From Rhina ancylostomus (lineage: Eukaryota): a stretch of 64,000 nucleotides of DNA. Within the stretch, counting starts at the first letter, position 1. Each line of letters opens with the position of its first letter. The DNA is taken from contig JARFYF010000084.1 in the NCBI GenBank assembly GCA_030265395.1, positions 100,265,137 through 100,329,136 of the forward strand, written 5' to 3'. The notes beneath the pieces are model-generated. The model did not search any database. It saw nothing but the letters and a program-made list of their open reading frames with translations, and had not been told where the DNA came from. Made by a program: the position numbers and the translations under genes. Below are positions 1 through 11,345 of this stretch, one piece after another.

Positions 1-179
1 CCAAAGGTTGACCAATACTCTGGCAACTAGTGCTAGAGAAACCCAGGTACTTATGCTAGGCTCCTGGTGGGGCTCAGATGTGTGTCGTTATGTAATCAGT
101 CAAGCATGGAACCCATGTGCTGCACAATAAGGCATCATCAAAGGAGCCAAATTGAGGGCCAGTACCCGGAACCATGACA
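1..179 (-). mobile_element. LTR-like repeat, copy 1 (truncated by window start)
   Basis: Aligns by eye with 10013-10179; similarity stops abruptly at ...ACCATGACA, which reads TGTCATGGTTC on the - strand, a TG start typical of LTRs. Confidence 0.55.
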
Positions 180-1872
180 GATGTCTGCTCTAGTCCATGA
201 TCAGTCACAGATTTCTGCAAGTTGCAGTGTCCTCTAGAATGACTTTGTCACTGGTTAAAGAGTTATGAAGTGGTGTTAATTAGCACTAGCTATCTTGTTC
301 CGATGTTGTTGCTCATAAAAATTGTGGCCCTGTAGAAGAAGGCTAAGACCAAAAAAAAATGTGATTAACACCTACCAGTTGACAAAACCTTTCAGGAGGT
401 TGCAGTACAAATGTTCTGTTGGGTCTGCACTATCAAACTGGTTTAATTGTACATTAGTTGCATTGTAGTGCCCACAGGAGTTTTCCTGTACAGTGCACTT
501 CAATCTCTGTTAAGTGCTGCAAACATCCTTGATTCATTCGGTATCCCAAAAAGGACTCAAAATATCAGTGACATTTTGGACGAACCAGATAGAAACTTTC
601 TACTGAAATAGAAGTTAAGTAGACTGTGTCCCTCTCTCCAAACTCACTATCTGACATGGGCAATACATATTGCCAAGAATTTGCTGGATTTTCCTTCAGT
701 GGGCTCAATTAGCTTTCCTGTTTTAAGATAATAGCCAACAAAAACTGTTAGTCTTGAATCTGCATTATTCAGAAGAAACTAGATCTGGCCCAGAGCATAT
801 GAAGCTTGCTATTAAAGAATACTTACTGTAAATCTTGAATATTGCTATCTCATGCAACAGAGTGCTTCTGCATTGCTAATACTACAACGTATGGCTTAAG
901 TATCTGCAGAAAAAGTCCTGTAATAGAGATGTGTCTTTCCAAAAAAATCTATTGGAAACATAATCCTTTCTCACCAGTGCTTTTACCTTTGACCTAATGC
1001 TAAAGTTTAATGGAAAAACTGTACATTCTGAAATCAAATGACATCTATTCATTTCAGTGATATATTTCAATTTTCATGATCCAAAAACATTCTAGAAACA
1101 AAATCAAACTGCAGGTTGTGAAATGAGACCCAATTGACACAGCCTTCCAGCAACCTTCAAATTAATTGTGGGGAGGTTGTTTAAGCTTTTCAATCTTCAG
1201 TCATTTCTACCAAAACCATGTACTATCTTCACTGTGTTATTTTAAAACTGAGTCTGAATTCTTTATTTTATTCTTGACCTTTGGTTACCTTTGTCGATCT
1301 TTGAACTTTTCAGTCAAGTATTTTCCTTTGACACAGCAACCAACAGCATTCTTCTTTCTCACCATGTGTAATTGGAGTGAAGTTGTGGAGATCCTTGTCC
1401 ATCAAGTTCACATGATGGAAATTCAGACTGAAGCAGGAAGGATTAAGCCAAAAAATAAATGTGTCATGAGGTGATTGACTGTGGGAGAATTATAAATCTT
1501 TTGCTTCCTGACTCAGCAGTGCTTTCATTTGAACAATCTGTTTCACATTTCTGTGACGGGCAGGTAAAATGTTCCTCCTTCCTGAAAATAACGATAAAAA
1601 CAGTTTTCTCAAAGTTAAATGCAATGCAAGGGCTTAGTCCTTTAACAGACTGATGTGCTGCAGAGCTGAGCTTTTCTGTTGCTTCCATTTGGCTTCTTTT
1701 GCAGTTTTTCCACAAAAGAAAGTACAAAGAAAGCAAGCAATTGCCTCTGGAAGTGCAAGAGAAAGAAACATTTAAGGGACTATATTGAAACACCCTAGAA
1801 AATAGGGGTAAGAATGGCAATGCCTGATTAACTCTTGCCAATTGATTCAGCACAGTGCATACTTAAAATTCA

Positions 1873-2180
1873 AAATAAAAATAAACTGCAGATGCTGGAA
1901 ATCAGAAATAATAATAGATAAATCTGGAAACACTCATCAGGTCAGGAAGCCTCTGTGCAAAGAGAAACCAAGTTAACATTTCAGGTCAAAAACCCTTTGG
2001 CTGTTTTTTCTTCCACAGATGCTGCCTGCCCTGCTGAACGTTTCCAGAATTTTCTGTTTTCATACNNNNNNNNNNNNNNNNNNNNNNNNNNNNNNNNNNN
2101 NNNNNNNNNNNNNNNNNNNNNNNNNNNNNNNNNNNNNNNNNNNNNNNNNNNNNNNNNNNNNNNNNAGAATTTTCTGTTTT
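1873..2180. repeat. Penelope-derived palindromic repeat (elasmobranch type), spans a gap
   Basis: CTGCAGATGCTGGAAATC...CAGGTCAGGAAGCCTCTGTG arm followed by the inverted arm CACAGATGCTGCCTGCCCTGCTGAACG; the same motif recurs at least 7 times in the window. Confidence 0.7.
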
Positions 2181-2403
2181 CATACTCAAACTTTGTGTTG
2201 CAATGCCATAATCCTGACTTCAACCACCTGCAGTGCTATTTATTGGCATTGTATCTTTACACAGAGGCCAATCTCATCATTGGCTATCATGCACTGAGGC
2301 CAGTTTGTGCTGTTTAAAACTACCAAAGCTCCTCTTAAAGGCAAGATAGTTTATGGCAGTATTCACTTGTAGGGATCATTCTGGAGGTAGTTGGCTGGGA
2401 CAG

Positions 2404-2965
2404 ATGGAAGAACACAGGCAAGAATGAGCACCCCGATTTTCTAGAGCGATAATGGAGGCTTTGGAGAGGAAAGAGGTTCTCTATACTCAGCAAGAGAATT
2501 TCTAAGGCAGATATTTTAAAAACCAATGGAAGAAACTAGCAACTGAGGTCAAAACAAGGAGTCAAGCCCCAAGGATAGTGGTGTAGTACCACAAGCAGTT
2601 TAATGATCTCACATTTGGTCAAGGTTAGAGAATACATTGAGTCTCCCACCACTCGTCTCACACACGCTGTTCTATGCAGTGCATTCAATGCATGCACTCT
2701 ACTAGCAATCTCATGCTGGGATCTGATTGTCCATCACACGTTCACATGCTGCCACACAAAGTCTCTGACCCACATGTCGAACACAATAGCAGCTATTCAA
2801 NNNNNNNNNNNNNNNNNNNNNNNNNNNNNNGCAGTCTTTACTAATGGGTCCTCTTTCTCTCTTGCAGGAAGAGGTGATGCAATATTGTTGCAGAGCTGCA
2901 GCCAACTGGTGGGAGACAGGTGTGGCTCAAGCAGCTCAAACTAATTCTTGCAATGGCCATCGGTA
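2404..2965 (+). pseudogene. Harbinger Myb/SANT-like gene relic, exons 1-2
   Basis: Frame from ATG 2404 reads MEEHRQE*APRFSRAIMEALERKEVLY...QWKKLATEVKTRSQAPRIVV*YHKQFNDLT (Myb_DNA-bind_5/NAIF1-like pattern). Donor-like AG|GTTAG at about 2623, acceptor CTCTCTTGCAG ending 2867, then a TGGRQ motif. Nucleotide similarity to 31430-31500. Confidence 0.8.
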
Positions 2966-3247
2966 AGTTCATGGTAAGCAATGGTACAGGGACCACTGAA
3001 GATGGTAATATGTCTATCTCTTGTTCTCCTCTCATCTCACCTCCCATTCATCCATAAATCCCCATTGATTTTCAAGTTGCTCATGTGTCATGTAATTCCC
3101 ATTCTGTCCCCTGCCCTGCTACTCTTTGTCATATTACTCCCATGCCTTCCTCCTACCACATAGCCAACAGCTCCCCTGTGGCCAAGTGGAGATGCTTCTT
3201 GAACAAGAGTGCAATGATGATGGCAGCCTATCACTTCAACTGAAAAT

Positions 3248-3510
3248 TGACCATTCAGGACTGAGGTGAAAGGAAATATCTTTACTCAGAGGCCTGTATA
3301 TCTTTGGAATTCTCTATCCCAGGAGCTCTTAATGCTTAGTTGTTGTGTAGTTCAAGCCTGAAATCAATGGATTTTAGACACTAAGTTCATTAGGAGTTGT
3401 GGAGATTGTGCAGGAAAATGGACAAGGCAAAGAATCAGCCATGATATTGCTGTTTTGTAGATGGGCTCCAGACTCTTATGACCCAATTTCTATTTCTTGT
3501 TCTTAGGTTC
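3248..3510 (+). mobile_element. CR1 LINE 3' fragment
   Basis: CCATTCAGGACTGAGGTG...TTTACTCAGAGG...TGGAATTCTCTA matches the CR1 ORF2 C-terminus (FxQRVVxxWNSL) and 3' UTR. Confidence 0.7.
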
Positions 3511-3763
3511 GTAATGTACTCCTCCTTTCAGAATATCACCCAGTTCTTTTGAAGAAGTGGATAAGTTTGACTCTTCTGAAGTGCAGCTTCCATTTCCTGC
3601 TAAAGTCTTGACATAAGCCAAAATCTCATTTCATCTCCCACTACAGGTCCTCTCTAGGTTATGGCAGGGTTCTGTTGCTGACAACTGTTTATAAACTGAA
3701 CAATTCACAAGTCAGAAATGCAACTGCAAACCTCATTCCCACCTTTGGCAGAAGATGCTTGCA

Positions 3764-4066
3764 GAGGTGAATTGTCCCACAGGAATAGATAGTCCAGAGA
3801 AGCATTTTAAATCTCGTTTTGCCATTCTTAATAATAAAGCTAATATTAACAAAATTAGTCCGAGCCTATCTTGGGCTAATAATGATCTTTTAATAGATTT
3901 TACTGCAGATGTTTTAAATGCTGTTGAGAGTTTTAAAAAGGACACTACTTCTGGCTCAGAAGGCGTGTCTCCAGATAGGATTCGCAAAATGGACATCAAT
4001 GTGTTAACTAGAATATATTCTTCTTGGGTTCAATGTGGCAAAATTCCAGCTAGTGTCAAGAACAGT
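3764..4066 (+). mobile_element. R2-like (RLE-clade) non-LTR retrotransposon reverse-transcriptase fragment
   Basis: ORF 3755 reads CPTGIDSPEKHFKSRF...FTADVLNAVESFKKDTTSGSEGVSPDRIRKMDINVLTRIYSSWVQCGKIPASVKNS. This fits RT motif 0 (T/SAPGPDG) followed by WxxxGxIPxxx[KR]x[SC], as in vertebrate R2; it stops before RTxLIPK. Confidence 0.7.
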
Positions 4067-5799
4067 TGCCTGCAGCTCCGCAGCAGCCAGCCAATCCATC
4101 CTGCCGATTTCCCAAACACTCAGTCATATGTATGGGCTGTACATAAGTCGTGTGTTTGTAACTTGGGGAGAACCTGTGTGGTACCCCTACCCCCAGACAC
4201 CCTGAATACAAACATAGTTAAAATTTTGATAACCAGCTAAAGTCCCAGATGCATTCTCCTTCCAATTAATCACCAGTAAACCTGCACATCATTGCAGTTT
4301 GCTTTAAATAGCTGAGGTTTGAGTTCTTTGGCATCTCCATATATGATCAGACTGCCAACTGAATCACCAAGGTCCAATTTGGCAGCTTTGGTTTCAAATC
4401 ATAGTTGCACAAGGAATGACGTCATTTTCTTCTTGCTCAGCACACTTCTGGTGTCGGCTTTAAAACAAGACAACTGGCATTCCATATGCAGTGGGCAGCT
4501 CAAGTTGCACTAAAAATGTGGATGTACTTCTTGTCTATTAACCCTAAGCTAAATCAGCACTTAGCTTGTAGCACCCAAGCAGTGGATGCCACAGAACCAA
4601 ATTTTACAGCTTACACTTTTTACAGCAGCTGGATTTAGTAGTTCTAACATAAGGATCCAATGCACAGAATTGCTGCTCCTGAATCCAACTTAAACAGCCA
4701 CCAGCATATAAATAACCAAGGCATGTTTTATCCCTACAATAATCTCCTTTCATTACAAATTCCTTAGACTGTTATTTTGATTGGGATTCATCTTACTTAG
4801 GAATGAGATATCTATAGATGAAAAACAGTGCATTTCTATTAAATTTTCCCAGAAACTAATTTATTTTTTCAGTTTTAAAGAGCATTACATGTAATTATGA
4901 CTACTATTGGTATCATACTAGTTGGAGATGGTGAACCAGAATGTAAGGGAAAAGGAGAAGCATCAGAAGTTATTACCATAGTCTTAAGCCCTCCGGCAAT
5001 CAAACTATTTCCACTTTCTATTCAAGGCCAAAACCCACCAACACTCAGTCTTTGAGTGATTAAAAATAACCAAGTGAGACAAGAAATATTTTAACCATTT
5101 CATGGTTTAAAGGTGTTCATGTAGAATTCCTTCATGTACCATTTGAACAAGATTACATGCCCCTTTATCTCTATATTTTAAATACCCTTGTTATATTTTA
5201 TGTACATGTGACACATTATATGGTCAGAGGAAATTGAACCCGTACATTTAAGCAGAAATAAATAGACTGGCCAAGAAACTGGATCGTGTACAATCTACAT
5301 TTTAGAGTTACAGTTCCCAAATTAGGTTGGCATTTTCATCACGTCTCATAGCCTGAACACCACAGCATAGTTCAACAGTTTGGTGGTAGTGAGGCCAGTT
5401 CACTTGCAACATTGGTCTGATGCCATTCCAGACAAATTAGCCTGCATATATCCATGTAATACCCCTTGCAAACAACGTACAAGAAAGCAAAAAGCATCAG
5501 ACACTTGTGCTATCTAAAGCGATCCCTAAATATTTGCAAATTTCTCTGAGATTGACTGGAACTGGGGTGTGGAAGTGAATGAAGGTTGTTCATTTGAGGG
5601 AAGGAATAACATTAAAGGAGCCTTAGTTGGAGTTGTCTTGGGTCTTCAGCATGGATCTGTTCCAGAAGTGACGGAAGGGAAGGTCAATGGGGGAGAAGAT
5701 GAAGGACTCCACCTTTGCTCTAAGAGCAACATTCCTATGATAGTGGAGGAAGTGAGAAGTTTAAGCACCTGGTAAACCAGATGGGATTCTGGGAAAAAG

Positions 5800-6310
5800 G
5801 GAATATAGTATATAGGAGCATACTATCCTCTCCAACTCCAAAGATGACCGGCAATCTCTCCTCTGGACCACTGAGCATGTGCACATATTAGTGCTCAAGT
5901 TGTTATTCCTAGCAGTAGTAACATCACACCTTCTCTTGAAAGGCAGAAGGATGAATACTGGTTACAGTGGGTCTGTGCAACTTGCTGTGATTAAGTAGCT
6001 GACAGAGTGTGCAAGTTTTGAGATGTCTGCATGCATTAGAAGAATGGTGTGTGTGTGAGTCTGAGACAAGGAAAATGATCATTAGGTAGGTGCAGTAATT
6101 GATAAAGATGACTACTATAATAGTGACGGCAGTGTATGACATGGATCAGTGTGTGGTGTCAGGAGATAATATTTGTTGATGTGTTCACTGTCCTTTAGAT
6201 CAGGAGAATTTCCTTCACCACTGGGCATGGGCACTTCTTATCCTCTTCTTCAAATCTTCAGCTAAGATGCAGAGAATCTAGGAGACTTTCCCTTTCCAAT
6301 CTGTCATGCC
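5800..6310 (-). pseudogene. Harbinger Myb/SANT-like gene relic, very degraded
   Basis: - strand gives GKSPRFSAS*LK near 6290-6255 and QW*RKF/DLK near 6222-6192, then an acceptor-like CTGCCTTTCAAG and EKV near 5937; same motif order as the 2404 copy. Confidence 0.5.
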
Positions 6311-6559
6311 CTGAGCAAACTTTCCCAAAGAAATGCAATGATACTCAGCTGTGGTTGTAGGCAATGAACATTTCCCCTTTCAGAGAAGCAGGCATGACTT
6401 CAAACTGTACCTATTAAATTTACGTGGGATTCCGTGAATATGTGACAACATGATAACAGTTTGACAACAGTCACATGACAACATGTGACAACAGTATAAT
6501 CAGCTTAGGCTAGACAAGCATTCATTAAGAATGAATTTGGCTGGGACCCACACAAAGTT

Positions 6560-6905
6560 AATCTGGAATAAAAACAGAAAATGATAAAGATACTTGACAG
6601 AACAGGCAGTATTTATGGAGAGAGTAATAAAGTTAATGATTTGGATTGATGACCTTCTATCAGAACTGGAAAAGTGAGGAAACCAGTGTGTTTTGAGTTG
6701 CAGTTCAGGGAGGGGTGGAGAGAAGAAAATGGAATGTCAGTGAGAGGGTGGACACCAAGGTTGTCCAGGTGACAGAAAAGCTGTGGATGCCGAGCGAGTG
6801 ATGAATGTTTGTTAATCGTAGCTGATCTGTTTTGGAGGTGTGTAAGTAGAGCAAAGTGAAAAGAGGGACATTTCCTGTGCCAGCATCTGCAGTTTTTTTT
6901 TTGCT
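6560..6905. repeat. Penelope-derived repeat fragment
   Basis: AATAAAAACAGAAAATG...ACAGGCAGTATTTATGGAGAGAG arm and a terminal CCAGCATCTGCAGTTTTT arm. Confidence 0.6.
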
Positions 6906-7749
6906 TTTCCAGGTCAACCTGGTACCCATCCATCGAGCATTGCAATCTTAGCACACATTTTCCAGGGTGATCGAGTTTCTTCACAATCTTCTTTAGTGGT
7001 TCTTTTGCTGGGATCATGAACAAAAGGTATTATCAGTTGCTACTTGAAATCCTCTATTGTTGATCATTTTACTGGATTATCTTGGGGGATGAAAGTGCAA
7101 CAGGATATGTTACATTTGCCATTAGGCTTTTTGTTACCAGCTATGGAACTAGTAGTACTTAAGAAACAGTTAAGTTTAGACAGACCTCATTTTCCTCCAA
7201 AATATATTTAATATGAGTCTTGTTGCAGTGAAATCTTGTGAAATTATTCATCCTCCCCCTAGTAATTGTAACTATATTTAACGGTGGTACTTGCATGTGG
7301 ATGACTAAACCGGTATAACAAGAAAGGATATTTATTTGACAGTATTATGTAGGAATAAGAGGTAACTAAGAAAATCTAGGCAAGAGACTAATTCTAGCCA
7401 CATAACCATTGGTTCACACAATCTGTATACTCCAGTGTGCAGACTTGAATGCAATTAATAGCATCCCATCTTTTCTAACATGAAACTAAAATATGTAGTT
7501 TTGAAAAAAAATACAGTATGCAATCATTTCTTGCTTGCTTTGAAGAAAAAAATAGTGTAATTAAAATGAAAAAAAATCTATTGAAATAACAGTAAAAAGA
7601 TTTCCACACACATACCGATATCAAAAAGGTCTCAGAATATTAGCACTCAAGTACTATAAACATTGATCCGAGATTTGTTTAAATACATTAAGTTCATACA
7701 TTAAAGGTACATAAAGTTCCTTCTGCAATGCCTAACAAATTGGAATAAT

Positions 7750-7920
7750 AATAACCACAACAATCTGTATTAATTTAGTAGCTTCAACAGAGAAAAATGG
7801 TCCAGGGGAACTCATAAAACCATAAACAGACAATTAAAAGCATGAAATAAAGGAGACATATGGAAGGCTGAGTAAATGCTTGCTCAAAAATGAGGACCTT
7901 ACATGAGTGGGAGATGGAAT
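7750..7920 (-). mobile_element. L2-type LINE 3' end, degraded
   Basis: ACAACAATCTGTATTAATTTAGTAGCTTC start, similar to 24655-24720 and to the reverse complement of the SINE tail at 16580-16610. Confidence 0.45.
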
Positions 7921-8559
7921 GGTTCAACTACTATCAATGTGATATTTCCATCTTGTCATTGGCTATGTTGCTACTTGGAACACAGTTCTTAATTTGCTGC
8001 TGCTTGGGGTAAAAGTAGCCCAATTTGTTTGATAGGATTCAAAAATAAATTCCAAGTTATTTTGACAAAAACAGCAACATTTAACTAATTTCCCTTTATG
8101 GTATACAAATGATATGACTGAACATTAAAAAAACTTTTAAAAAGTAAAAGAGCAACTGGAAATAGTAACCATACCAGGTTTCTTAAGCTCACTCTAGGAC
8201 CATACTCTAAAATCTCCAGCATTAGCTTCTCCTTTGACAATAGTCTGCCTTCAGGGGTGGGACAAATCCATATCAGTTTTTGCATTGGCATGTTCATTTC
8301 TTCTCCAATAAAACTGCAAGTTTATATTTGAGTATCAATTTGCACAATGCACTTGAAGCATAGATAATTTAAGAGTTTGACCAACTTATATGAGAGTAAA
8401 ACTTTACAAATCAAAAATGATTATTCAGAAGCCTGATATTTGTTTCTTAATGGTCCCCCTCCAATAAGTGGGGAAAGAACAAACCATTTATGTTAATTAT
8501 GGGTTATAGCACTTTGGATAGCAAATTTTATGAAAAGGTTAATTATGGGCATATAGTTT

Positions 8560-9640
8560 TCCAATGCGGGAGAACTGACAGAGAGACGCAGTTTGCACTG
8601 ATCGCTCGTTAAACCCACTGTAGACACTGGGTTGCACTCACAGGCGAAACCTCTAATCAGCCCCTGCTGCGCAGTCAGAAAGATCAAGTTAAAAAAAAAA
8701 GAAATATTCATTGCCCTTCGGAAACAATGAGCAACTCAATGATCTCTGCACATCTACATTTTAAATCAGGACATCTTAGTGTAATTATATTACGGTTAAA
8801 GATCCTACTTTATGTGTGGAACTAAAAAACATATTAATTTGTGGTCTGATTCACAATGACGGTGTAGCAACAGTTTTTTTTTGTTCACGCAAAGAATAAG
8901 GCAGTTATTTTAATGAATGAACTCTTAAACTCAAATTCTTTCAAGTGTTAAACGAAGGAGACGTTCTGTAAGCGAGGCAGAGATTGGATGCTTATAATTC
9001 TCTATTATCTTTACTGAAAGTAACATCGCAGCTTTTACAGTAAAAGGTTTCAGCGCTGAAAGTAATTAGAAATATACCGAACATTTTATTTTGGACCGTA
9101 TTAGTAGTGTGATCGTCTGGGGCAGAATTAAACAAATGGGTAGCTCATCAGATGTGAGATTGCCCTCTCTGAAAATTTCCAGTATGTCAGATAATGAAAT
9201 CGGACGGTTTTGATCTTGTGTCACTGCGGTATTGGGATTATTCCAGTAGGCTGCACAAAGGAAAGCAAAGGCATCTGAAGTGTCACTCTACAGCTGTGGC
9301 AAAGTTACAGAATTTCCATTTTGTTGATGCTCGCAGCACATGTGTGCAACAGAAGGTGATATCAAAGGAGCCGTTCTTCCTTAGTTCTGCACATTATTTT
9401 TCACAGTTGTGATGAATCTCTCTGAGCTCCGTGAACCAATAAAACACAGCGCCTGCTTGAGTTGATATATTAATATTTACTGAGGATTTCGAAGGTCAGG
9501 GCTAAATGTCAGCAGATGCTGGGGCAGTGCAATGGGGAATAATTAAAAAATCTCACGGCAGTTCAGCTTCTAAACATCTTTATTAATCCTTAAAAGCAAG
9601 AGCTTCAGGACGTTGGTCTTATGAATCCAGCCAGTCGCAT
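8560..9640. promoter_or_regulatory. CpG-enriched, repeat-free region (candidate promoter or enhancer)
   Basis: About 29 CpG in about 1.08 kb by manual count, versus about 2 in the preceding 1 kb; no repeat or ORF explains it. Confidence 0.55.
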
Positions 9641-9927
9641 GAAAAAGATGAGAAGACACTGGCTGTTAAATTTCTGAGTGAAGAGTATTTGTTTCTGACA
9701 GTTTTTGACAGCTTCCTGGCCTACTGTCTGGCAGATGTTAGTTAGCTGGGAAGACTCTGCAGTTTGAAATATCACCAAGCTGTTGGGATCCACACCTGTC
9801 TTTCTATCGAAGTNNNNNNNNNNNNNNNNNNNNNNNNNNNNNNNNNNNNNNNNNNNNNNNNNNNNNNNNNNNNNNNNNNNNNNNNNNNNNNNNNNNNNNN
9901 NNNNNNNNNNNNNNNNNNNNNNNNNNN

Positions 9928-10179
9928 AGGAATCCCAACACAAACTGAATCTTCAAACAGGAATAGAGAACACAGACCTGCTCTAGAGTAGACCACTCTA
10001 AGCAGGCAGGAACCAAAGGTTGACCAATACTAGTGCCAGAGAAACCCAGGTACTTATGCTAGGCCCCTGAGGGGGCTCAGGTGTGTGTCATTATACAATC
10101 AGTCCAGCATGGAATCCATGTGCTGGACAACAAGACATCTAAGGAGCCAAATCAAGGGCCAGTACTCAGAACCATGACA
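9928..10179 (-). mobile_element. LTR-like repeat, copy 2 (left part in gap)
   Basis: 10013-10179 matches 1-179; 9928-9975 (AGGAATCCCAACACAAACTG...) matches 61836-61883. Confidence 0.55.
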
Positions 10180-10964
10180 ACACATAGTTAAACCTTGAAG
10201 TAAATTGCCGAATTATGTCATCTCCTTACCCTTTTAAATAGTAATGTTTTACACTGCAATTTTAAATATGAAGGTTAAACACTATTAATGTAAAATAAAA
10301 CCAAAATAAATCAAACAGATGACTGTATTCACCACCACATGAAGTACCAAATCTTCAAAAGAGGATGTTGCTGCACTACCCTTATGTATAAACATAATTT
10401 TTTAAAAAATAGCTTTTCACACTTATTTCGCAAAACACTTGAAAATAACATTCACCATTTGAGCTTATTTTTATAAATACAAAACAATCTTATGCAGGCT
10501 ACACATAAAGTTTTACAAGGATCCTAGCTTGGACTAGGCTGCCAGTTAAACTAAAATCATTTAATTCTAAATGTTGAAGGGGCAGTGCAATTTATTTGTT
10601 GTGTTATGGATAATCTAATGGCATTGCATCAAGTCCAACAGAACTTCTGTGAATCTAAGTCAAAGAGGTTTTAGGCTTACAAGCCTTCTTGACTTTTTTG
10701 CCAGTTGCATGAGAATTCCAGATGCATAAATATCAGATAAATGAGAGCTTATGACACTTAAACATATTTATGTTTGAAAGCCCAGATATTTATCACTCAT
10801 TACAATTTCTGTTTACTGTCATTTGTTTTTTTTATGGAATGTACTAATTAGTTAGACTTAAATGCAAAGAATGTGAGAAAGAACTTTGGGGGTGATAAAA
10901 TATTAGGCATGTGGTTAACCATGAGGTTGGAATGTTTGGACAGCAGTGAGATCGAGGGAGTGGA

Positions 10965-11345
10965 CAGTTCAGCTGAAGAAAGACTTAATTGCTGTGTATA
11001 AAATTACTAAAGGCTAAATAGAAAGGACCGATTTAGCGGAGAAGTCAAAAAACCAGGGAACATAGATTTAAAACAATTGGTGGAAGGATCAGGGGGAAAT
11101 GGAGATTTTGTTTCCATGCAGAGGGTGCTGGGGCCTTGAATTCACTGCATGAAAGAGTGCTAAAAGCAGAAACCCTTGTCATATTTAAAAAGTGATTGAA
11201 TGTTCACTTGAGCAGTAGTGACTTGCAGGGTATGCACCAAACATTGGAAGGTAGCATCGAGCTTGGTGGCTCTTTATTTTAACTGATATGGAGGCTTTGA
11301 GCTGAATGACTTCCTTCTGTATTGTAAATTTTCTGTGACTTTATG
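10965..11345 (+). mobile_element. CR1 LINE 3' fragment
   Basis: GACTTAATTGCTGTGTATAAAATT (DLIxVYKI), ACCAGGGAACAT (TRxH), CAGAGGGTG, and a tail ending TTCTGTGACTTTATG. Confidence 0.75.

Noticed and set aside
6441-6495. Degenerate TGACAACA repeats; other micro-tandems at 16306-16330, 17955-17980 and 18128-18160; (CA)n/(TA)n at 52617-52646
   Set aside because: Ordinary slippage products with no evidence of function.
9409-9483. Possible C/D-box snoRNA (GTGATGA ... CTGA)
   Set aside because: No terminal stem, and the sequence before the D box (TATATTAATATTTA) is not a credible rRNA or snRNA guide.
9523-9540. CAGTGCAAT, resembling the 5' end of miR-130/301
   Set aside because: Similarity stops after about 10 nt and there is no precursor hairpin.
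1-10179. Copies 1 and 2 as paired LTRs of one 10-kb retroelement (their ends are exactly 10,000 bp apart)
   Set aside because: No gag/pol between them, no polypurine tract beside copy 1, the copies are clearly diverged and the interval holds older unrelated relics; the round spacing is treated as coincidence.
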